Part shown: one piece after another, positions 36,307-43,197 of the stretch
Position numbering within the stretch: the first letter of the stretch is position 1
Layout: each line of letters opens with the position of its first letter
Source: an uncultured Gammaproteobacteria bacterium
Lineage (GTDB): Bacteria; Patescibacteriota; Microgenomatia; Levybacterales; UBA12049
Length of the DNA stretch: 64,000 nucleotides
Assembly: GCA_964512695.1 (NCBI GenBank)
Contig: CAZEJU010000001.1
Coordinates: forward strand, 7,803 to 71,802
Reading direction: 5' to 3'
Notes under the pieces: generated by a model
Seen by the model: only the letters and a program-made list of their open reading frames with translations
Told to the model about the DNA's origin: nothing
Databases searched by the model: none
Program-made: the position numbers and the translations under genes

Positions 36307-36900
36307 TTGGGGCAACAAATGACAAGATCTGAAGCATATACAATGCTTACAAAATATCTCCATAATAAAAACCTTATTAAGCATTGTCTTGCTGCTGAAG
36401 CGACAATGAAAGCTTTATATAAACGCCTGACTCCACAGCATGAACAAAACCCAGCAGATGAGGAAAAATGGGGGATTGTGGGACTCATGCATGATGCGGA
36501 TTATGAAATTGCACAACAGACAAACCAGCTTGATAAACATGGATTGTTACTCTTTGAAAAAGAACAGGGAACAATACCAGATGATATCGCGCATGCTATT
36601 AAATCTCACAATTTTTTAAACACGAGAGTAATGCCAGAGAATGCCATGGATTGGGCTATAGAAACATGTGATCAACTAACAGGGCTTATCGTCGCAGCCG
36701 CGCTCATCCACCCTGATAGAAAATTATCCTCACTAGATACACAATTCGTATTAAACCGATTTCACGAAAAATCATTTGCGAAGGGAGCAAAACGTGAGGC
36801 GATTATTCTCGCTGAAAAAAAGCTAGGGTTACAGCTAGAAGAATTCATAACAGTTACATTAAAGGCAATGCAAGGAATTAGTACAGAATTGGGATTGTAA
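36307..36900 (+). CDS. HD-domain phosphohydrolase
   Basis: ..HCLAAEATMKAL.. and GLMHDADYE (H..HD motif). About 197 aa, HDIG-like. Confidence 0.65.
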   Translation: MGQQMTRSEAYTMLTKYLHNKNLIKHCLAAEATMKALYKRLTPQHEQNPADEEKWGIVGLMHDADYEIAQQTNQLDKHGLLLFEKEQGTIPDDIAHAIKSHNFLNTRVMPENAMDWAIETCDQLTGLIVAAALIHPDRKLSSLDTQFVLNRFHEKSFAKGAKREAIILAEKKLGLQLEEFITVTLKAMQGISTELGL

Positions 36901-36930
36901 TTTATACTTTTATTCTCCATAATATTTTTA

Positions 36931-37152
36931 ATGTCTTCCGAAAAATATCATCATGTACATAAAGGAAAGATTGAGATTTTCATCAATAATTTTACAGGCG
37001 GAATTGCCTGGGGATTAGGAGCAAGTGTAGGTGTATCAATCCTATTTACGATTCTCGGTTTTATAGCAACTCAAGCAAATCTCGTTCCCTATATAGGAAC
37101 ATTTGTTTCACAAATTATCGACTTCGTGTTAAAACATAACAAACATTTTTAA
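36931..37152 (+). CDS. Small membrane protein
   Basis: 73-aa ORF with two hydrophobic helices (GGIAWGLGASVGVSILFTILGFIA..). Confidence 0.4.
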   Translation: MSSEKYHHVHKGKIEIFINNFTGGIAWGLGASVGVSILFTILGFIATQANLVPYIGTFVSQIIDFVLKHNKHF

Positions 37153-37163
37153 TAACTGCTGTA

Positions 37164-37296
37164 TTGACGAACTGTATGACTCATGGTATATTGCTCAAAT
37201 ATATGAAATCCACTTTTTTAGTTTGTTGTGTTACAACTCTGCTTTAAGGGGTTGTAGTTATCGTGGAATATGCACCCCGCCAAGCGGGGTTTTTTT
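37164..37296 (+). promoter_or_regulatory. Promoter plus leader-peptide attenuator with tandem Cys codons (specificity tentative)
   Basis: TTGACG(37164)-17-TATATT. Leader ORF 37203..37247 = MKSTFLVCCVTTLL. GGGG (37248) immediately after the stop can pair with CCCC (37275), versus terminator CCCCGC-caa-GCGGGG + U7 (37275..37296), directly abutting the gene's ATG. Confidence 0.55.
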
Positions 37297-38289
37297 ATGA
37301 GAAACTTATTAGAATTAGGAATTTTCGAAACATACGGAAATGGTGGAGGAGCAATTACCAAAGATAGAGTATCTCCTCCTATTTATCCAGTAGATGCTAA
37401 TTTAGGTGAATGGAGGATACTAGCAACTGATCATGAAAGAGAATTCCCGGGCGAGCATCTCGAACGTGCTTTTGAAGTGATAAAGCAATGGCAGGAAGTA
37501 TTTCCTCGGGAAGATACCTGGATTAATCGTGCGTATGGTATTCCGTCACCGATTATTAAACTCGATGCAACAATTACTAATAATGAATTACAGGTGTATG
37601 AAGTAGAAGATAGACCAGCAGGAATGGGTTATAGCGAATTAATAAATCCTGACTTACGAACAAATTTTGCTGATATTGTATCTACTTGGCCAGATTTCCG
37701 AGTCGTCGTTTCTCCTCAAAGATCTGGAAATGACGATCATTTATGGGCAAAGCCAGCAGAAGCAGATTGGCATGGTCTAGTTCTCGTCCGGGCAGAACCG
37801 TCTGAAGAAGAATTCCATGCATTACAGCGAAGATCCATAAGTACTCTGCTTACAGAAGGAGACAAATCGTATGGTGAAAAAATGGGTTTATGGAAAAGAG
37901 TTCATACAGCAGATGAGATAGATTTTTCACAAGGTTTTGTCGTCAAGCCCACCCAAGGAAGCAAAGGGAATGGTGTGTATGTATCTTTACCGAAACAATA
38001 CATGAAAGAACATGGGATCGACCCAGGTAGAAATGGCGTAGCTACTGCAGGGAAAATACGAGGTGTAATCGATACTGCAGCAGCAAATGGAGGAGTCTTC
38101 GTACAACAATATCATCCTCCTATGGAAACAGGTATCCCGACCCATCCCTGGGCAGTAAACCGGTTATTCTTCGGGTATGATATGCAAAATGGAGAATGGA
38201 GATATATAGGGGGAACATGGAATGCTCGAAATAATTTGAAAATTCATGGAGCTAGTGATACATTAACTGGCCCGTTAAAAACGGTATAA
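37297..38289 (+). CDS. ATP-grasp-like ligase (330 aa)
   Basis: GFVVKPTQGSKGNGVYVSL (ATP-grasp K-P-x-x-G-S-x-G-x-G-V strand), ..VFVQQYHPP... Start set at the ATG abutting the terminator U-tract. Confidence 0.5.
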   Translation: MRNLLELGIFETYGNGGGAITKDRVSPPIYPVDANLGEWRILATDHEREFPGEHLERAFEVIKQWQEVFPREDTWINRAYGIPSPIIKLDATITNNELQVYEVEDRPAGMGYSELINPDLRTNFADIVSTWPDFRVVVSPQRSGNDDHLWAKPAEADWHGLVLVRAEPSEEEFHALQRRSISTLLTEGDKSYGEKMGLWKRVHTADEIDFSQGFVVKPTQGSKGNGVYVSLPKQYMKEHGIDPGRNGVATAGKIRGVIDTAAANGGVFVQQYHPPMETGIPTHPWAVNRLFFGYDMQNGEWRYIGGTWNARNNLKIHGASDTLTGPLKTV

Positions 38290-38346
38290 AAAAAATTGAT
38301 TAGATTTTACTTCACTTACCCTCGGTTCGTAAACGTAAATGCTCTC

Positions 38347-38492
38347 TTGACGTCCAAATAGATATAACTCTATAATACAAAGTGTTCTATATGAATATCA
38401 TGAATAACAATGGAGCAGTAAAGAAGAACCTCTCGTAAGAGGGGTCTTTCTGTTGTCTGCACAATAGTACCCCTTACAGAAGGGGTTTTTTT
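38347..38492 (+). promoter_or_regulatory. Promoter plus Asn-codon leader-peptide attenuator
   Basis: TTGACG(38347)-18-TATAAT(38371). Leader ORF 38391..38438 = MNIMNNNGAVKKNLS (5 Asn in 15 aa). CCUCU/AGAGG hairpin over the stop codon. GAGGGG (38439) can pair with CCCCUU (38470), versus terminator CCCCUU-acag-AAGGGG + U7 (38470..38492). Confidence 0.65.
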
Positions 38493-38615
38493 ATGGATTT
38501 TTTGCTGAACCAATAGTTCTACTTAGAAATCCAAATCCTCCAAAAAGCGCTCTTCGAGCCGCAGTTCAAATGAACTAAAGCGGAAAGGAAGCTTAGGAGG
38601 ACAAAGCTTTACATT

Positions 38616-39899
38616 ATGAAAGAAGGACTAAAAGTATTATCACACTCATCTATAGAGGAATATCTATTCGATACTGATGTCGAAGACCGATATTATATTC
38701 CGTGGCGTGCAGCCGCAGAAGCAGCAGCAAGAATCGAACTAGGACAACAAGTTTTGACAATCCTTCCAAAACGTGAAGCTTTTAACGAATACCTCACCCT
38801 TTTACAAATGAAATTACTGGGAGGAAGAAGTATTCCAACGCTGTTTACACCTGATGAAGATTATCTTATGGATACTGATATTAAAAAATATCTTATGGAT
38901 ACTCTTCGTGGCAGATTTAACAGAAGTACCACTATTCATCCCTATCAAGCAACACCTGAATTTTATGATTGGGCGGGGGAGTTAGAACAGAAAGGCGTTA
39001 AAATTTACGCAGATAGAAAACGCAAAGACTTACGTGACTGGTGGGGACATAAAGGAGCATATCATCGATGGATAGATGATCTCGATACTCCCACTCAATT
39101 TGAAGGATTACATTTACCAATACCTCGAGGATACGTGGCTCAAAACCATGGAGAATTACTTGTAGCGAAAAAACTTCTACCAACTGACACTGTTGTGGCA
39201 AAACCAATTTTCGGAGCTGGTGGATTTCAAATAGAGTTCTTAGACGACGATAATATCGATACATATGAATGGCCTACCGACCCCACAACGGAAAAACCCA
39301 TGCCAGTTGCTGTACAAGAAAGACTAAGAATTGGTCGAGATGAATTCGGCGAACGTGTTTTTTCCTACCAGTTTGAGGGCCCACAACCAATGGGACGATT
39401 AACACGACAAATTATGGATCAGGAAACTGGGAAAGTCTGGAGTGGGAATAGAGTACCAGCAGATGTTACACCTGAGTTTGAACGAAGAGCAAAGGATGTA
39501 GTTCATACTTTAGTCATGAAAACAAAACCAAAAGGAGACGGGGGAGTCGATATAGCAGATGTAGATGGAGAACCAGTAATCATCGAAGTAAACGGAGGAA
39601 GGCCAACTGGCGCACATATGCCGAAACGATTTCAACAAGCCTTCGCGCCTGAAGCTCCACATTTCGTATTTCAGAAAGTAGAACCAAACGGATATTCACC
39701 ATTCGATATTTGGGATAGACTCGAAGGAGGAAACTTGCCTCGCACGAATGAAACTCTAGTATTTCAGCGTGAAAGACAACGCGGGGTTTTTCCATTAGTT
39801 TGGTTACCGAACTCTTGGGGAATGCTTGCAAGCTTCGGAGGATCATTCGAAGAAGCAAATAATCAGTTACTCGCAGCTCGTGATAGAATAGGCGTATGA
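38616..39899 (+). CDS. ATP-grasp-like ligase (427 aa)
   Basis: VVAKPIFGAGGFQIEFL, ..GGVDIADVDGEPVIIEVNGGRPTG.. (ATP-grasp C-terminal E-x-N region). AGGAGG SD. Confidence 0.5.
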   Translation: MKEGLKVLSHSSIEEYLFDTDVEDRYYIPWRAAAEAAARIELGQQVLTILPKREAFNEYLTLLQMKLLGGRSIPTLFTPDEDYLMDTDIKKYLMDTLRGRFNRSTTIHPYQATPEFYDWAGELEQKGVKIYADRKRKDLRDWWGHKGAYHRWIDDLDTPTQFEGLHLPIPRGYVAQNHGELLVAKKLLPTDTVVAKPIFGAGGFQIEFLDDDNIDTYEWPTDPTTEKPMPVAVQERLRIGRDEFGERVFSYQFEGPQPMGRLTRQIMDQETGKVWSGNRVPADVTPEFERRAKDVVHTLVMKTKPKGDGGVDIADVDGEPVIIEVNGGRPTGAHMPKRFQQAFAPEAPHFVFQKVEPNGYSPFDIWDRLEGGNLPRTNETLVFQRERQRGVFPLVWLPNSWGMLASFGGSFEEANNQLLAARDRIGV

Positions 39900-40966
39900 C
39901 TGAGAAAAGGGTAGTACAAATATTTTTCGATTTAGTAAAAATTGACAGCCCTTCTGGACATGAAGAGAACGTTTTAGAGTATATAGAAGCATATTGCAAA
40001 AAACTCTCACTAAATACACAGAGGGATTCTTATGGAAACCTCATCGTTAAAAAAGAAGGAGTAGGTGAACCACTACTTCTCTGTTCACATGCCGATACAG
40101 TAGAACCAGGGAAAAATATTCAACCACGAATAGAGAACGGAATTATAAAAAGCGATGGTACGACGATACTTGGTGCTGATAATAAATCGTCTATTGCAGC
40201 GATTCTCGAGGCTGTGAAACAATTAGTTGAAGAAAAAAAACACCATAGGCCTCTAGAGCTTGTGTTTACAAAATCTGAAGAAGTTGCTAGCTGGGGAGCA
40301 GTATATCTGGACTACAAACAACTTCAAGCAAAAGAAGGATATACGATAGATAACGCAAATCCTGTAGGAACAATTGTCTACGCGTCTCCTTTTTACTATC
40401 GTTTCGATATTACAGTATTCGGTAAAGATGCCCATGCTTCAAGACCGCATGAAGGAATTCATGCTTTAAAAATCGCTGCAAGCGCCATTCATAAAATAAA
40501 ACTTGGAAAAATTGATACAAATACACTTGCCAATATCGGCATGATCCAATCAGGCCATGTACGCAACACAATTCCAGGTTCAGTAGTGCTTATGGGAGAA
40601 GTACGAAGCTATTCCGATGAGAAAGCTCAAAGGTACTTAAACAAAATTATTGATACATTTAGAAAAACTGCAGAAAAAACGGGAGGATCTATAACGTACG
40701 AAACGCTGAAAGAAAATGCTGGGTATATATATAAAACAAATGATCCCTTTGTAAAAAAAACGATGCAGATTATGAAAAAGATTGGAGTAGAAACGAACTT
40801 AATTAAAACTCTGGGCTGTGCCGATGCAAATGTGATCCAAGAGCATGGAATTAAAATGCTCGACCTGGGCGACGGCTCACGCAGAGCGCATACACTAAAG
40901 GAGTCAATACCGGTAGCACAGTTACAAAGAGTCGTTGAGCTAGTATTAGCTCTTGCTGGAGCATAA
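39896..40966 (+). CDS. M20-family metallopeptidase (second copy, peptidase T-like)
   Basis: SPSGHE, SHADTVEPG, LGADNKSSIA, KDAHASRPHEGIHA. ATGA start/stop overlap with the upstream ATP-grasp gene. Paralogue of 30591..31676. Confidence 0.75.
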   Translation: MTEKRVVQIFFDLVKIDSPSGHEENVLEYIEAYCKKLSLNTQRDSYGNLIVKKEGVGEPLLLCSHADTVEPGKNIQPRIENGIIKSDGTTILGADNKSSIAAILEAVKQLVEEKKHHRPLELVFTKSEEVASWGAVYLDYKQLQAKEGYTIDNANPVGTIVYASPFYYRFDITVFGKDAHASRPHEGIHALKIAASAIHKIKLGKIDTNTLANIGMIQSGHVRNTIPGSVVLMGEVRSYSDEKAQRYLNKIIDTFRKTAEKTGGSITYETLKENAGYIYKTNDPFVKKTMQIMKKIGVETNLIKTLGCADANVIQEHGIKMLDLGDGSRRAHTLKESIPVAQLQRVVELVLALAGA

Positions 40967-41085
40967 AACCATACACTCTTCACCCTCCCTTTTCGAATTT
41001 ACGTGAACACTTCCCGAGGTTTGAATAGAAACCAACCTCCCAGGTTGGCAACTAGTAATTTGAGGACTTGCTTAAGGGAGCGTTT

Positions 41086-41204
41086 ATGCGATATACTTTC
41101 TTCAACATGAGTAAATCAGTTTTCGGAACTACCACTACAACAACCCTTTCCTAAGGGAGGTTGGCGTGGTATTATTTAACAACCTCCTTAATAGGAGGTT
41201 TTTT
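41086..41204 (+). promoter_or_regulatory. Thr-codon leader-peptide attenuator
   Basis: AGGGAG SD, then leader ORF 41086..41154 = MRYTFFNMSKSVFGTTTTTTLS (6 consecutive Thr codons). CCCUU/AAGGG 1:2 hairpin. AAGGGAGGUUG (41153) pairs with CAACCUCCUU (41180), versus terminator CCUCCU-uaau-AGGAGG + U6 (41183..41204). The terminator is nearly identical to that of the Met leader. Confidence 0.8.
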
Positions 41205-41322
41205 ATTGGGGAGAACACGTATCCGTCAGCTGAGGGATACCACGATAGAATCCCATGGATTATTGCATGGAATCCTATCGCCCCGGTGTACGTCAGGACT
41301 GAAAGCTGACCACAAATAACAT

Positions 41323-43107
41323 ATGACAAACGAACAAGAACTAAAAATAGGAGGACAAAAATCAGCGACGAAAGTTGATTTCGCTCATGCTGAGCATCCT
41401 TTAACCCATGCACGTCTTTATGAAGCAGTAGAAGAACGACGTGGTACCGTAGGTCCTGTAGGAGATGTTCCCAGAGCATATATAAGGGACTCTGCAACTG
41501 CGGCAATTATAGTAAGCACACCTTCAAAAGAGGTGGTTGCTGCTGTTCGATCACCTCTATGGATTCCTAGTGGTGTACGAAATGGAAGAGTAGAATTTGG
41601 TGGAAGACCAGATAAAGATCATATCGAATTTTCTTACTTACGTGAAACTGATTGGGAGTATGTAAAAGAATCTGCGAGGAAAAGATTAGACGCACTTAAA
41701 AAAGCCACAAAACTTAACGAATTTGTTGCTGAGCATGGAGGCTATCTCGGTATAGGAACAGAGCCGGAAGCATTTCTCCTTCATGAAGATGGCAGTGTCG
41801 TACAGATAAACGCTGGAGAGTCATTTTTAGGCCAGAGAGAAGACGCTCTGCCACCGATAGCGACACCCAGAGAGTATGCCCGCGCACGAGCGGAACTTAT
41901 TCAAAATCGAAGACAGCAATTACAGGCTGGTCAAATTGCCTTCGACGGCTCAGTTCGACCTACGGGGAAGATGAGCGAAACAAGAATAACCCAAGAAGGT
42001 GATGAAGCAATATATAATGTAGCTATCACGCAAGCGCTCCATACACGATACACCCATTGTGCAGATCCATTAACACGACAAATCATGGATCAGCTTGCTA
42101 AAACAGAAAACTATAGAGATTTTGACGAAATCTATAATCATGCTTCAACGATAACATACTGGGGTCCTCCCTCTGCATCGCATGCAGCTATAGGAATGCA
42201 TCAAAGACGCGAAAATGGGACAACCTTTGTACCAGAATGGGAAGCAGTAGCTCATGCAGATGTCATAAATAGCGATTTCGCAACTGCTGATGAACTACTG
42301 ATGATGTCAACGCCAGTCATATTCGGAGAACAACCTCAAGTTTTACATAAAGGTACATGGAGAAAACCACGCGACTATCGTCATTTTATGCGACATGTCG
42401 TTGACACTACCTATCCAGCACCTTTTGTCGGCTCGCCAGAAGCATTACGAGCAAATGTTACCGACAGTATACTCTCCGGCAGATCGCACACACTTGATAG
42501 ATCTGCATATACTGCAGATGTACATGGTTTATTAGTCCCTAACTATCATGGAAGAGTACGGATTAGACAAAAGGTTGATGTTACTCATAAAGGAGAAATT
42601 AAACAATCATGCCGTATAGAAGAAACAGGATGTTCACAGTCCGCATCTTTACCTGATGAATTGGCAAGAAATGCACTTATGCAGCTTAGAGCTGTTGCTG
42701 TCGACGAAGCCCTCGCAGCAGGTATGCATCCCTCTGAATTCTATAAAGAGAAATATCCGCATATGACAACTTGGCAAAAGCAGCAAGATATCGTACTCCA
42801 TGCAAATCTCTATGGTTTCCGACATCCTTTACCATCTGCTGTGATAATGGAAAATATTAGGCTTGTACGAGATATCGGTAAGAGATATCCTGTACTCGGT
42901 CTTCAAGCCGTACTCGCAGAAACACGCTTGAGAAATTTATTTGATGATCCAGCACGCTCTTTAGAAGTTTATGAACAAAAACCTATTGGTCCATTTAGCG
43001 AAGTTCTCCAGAATGAATTACATAATGGTACTTCACCTGTAGAACTCGCTCAAAAAGTAGCCGCTTACCAGGATACAGTAGCGGAAAAGATATTAAGAGT
43101 TCCATAG
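41323..43107 (+). CDS. GCS2-fold carboxylate-amine ligase-like protein, paralogue D (594 aa)
   Basis: YLGIGTEPEAFLLHEDG, SASHAAIGMHQ, NYHGRVRIRQKV...SCRIEETGCSQSA. Lies between the Thr attenuator and thrS. Confidence 0.55.
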   Translation: MTNEQELKIGGQKSATKVDFAHAEHPLTHARLYEAVEERRGTVGPVGDVPRAYIRDSATAAIIVSTPSKEVVAAVRSPLWIPSGVRNGRVEFGGRPDKDHIEFSYLRETDWEYVKESARKRLDALKKATKLNEFVAEHGGYLGIGTEPEAFLLHEDGSVVQINAGESFLGQREDALPPIATPREYARARAELIQNRRQQLQAGQIAFDGSVRPTGKMSETRITQEGDEAIYNVAITQALHTRYTHCADPLTRQIMDQLAKTENYRDFDEIYNHASTITYWGPPSASHAAIGMHQRRENGTTFVPEWEAVAHADVINSDFATADELLMMSTPVIFGEQPQVLHKGTWRKPRDYRHFMRHVVDTTYPAPFVGSPEALRANVTDSILSGRSHTLDRSAYTADVHGLLVPNYHGRVRIRQKVDVTHKGEIKQSCRIEETGCSQSASLPDELARNALMQLRAVAVDEALAAGMHPSEFYKEKYPHMTTWQKQQDIVLHANLYGFRHPLPSAVIMENIRLVRDIGKRYPVLGLQAVLAETRLRNLFDDPARSLEVYEQKPIGPFSEVLQNELHNGTSPVELAQKVAAYQDTVAEKILRVP

Positions 43108-43197
43108 GTACAAAGATGCAAGGTTCTACCGTAGTTCTCTGTAACATAAGATCTTCGTAACTATGCAACTATTCGCAGGTATGTTATAGTACAGCTT

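Noticed and set aside
41135-41506. 123-aa minus-strand ORF across the Thr leader and the start of the 594-aa gene.
   Set aside because: It overlaps a well-structured plus-strand attenuator and the N-terminus of a long plus-strand gene, and shows no family resemblance.
43108-43197. Possible terminator separating the 594-aa gene from thrS.
   Set aside because: No stable hairpin followed by a U-tract is visible, so I could not support a terminator call. Co-transcription versus an internal TATAGT promoter remains open.
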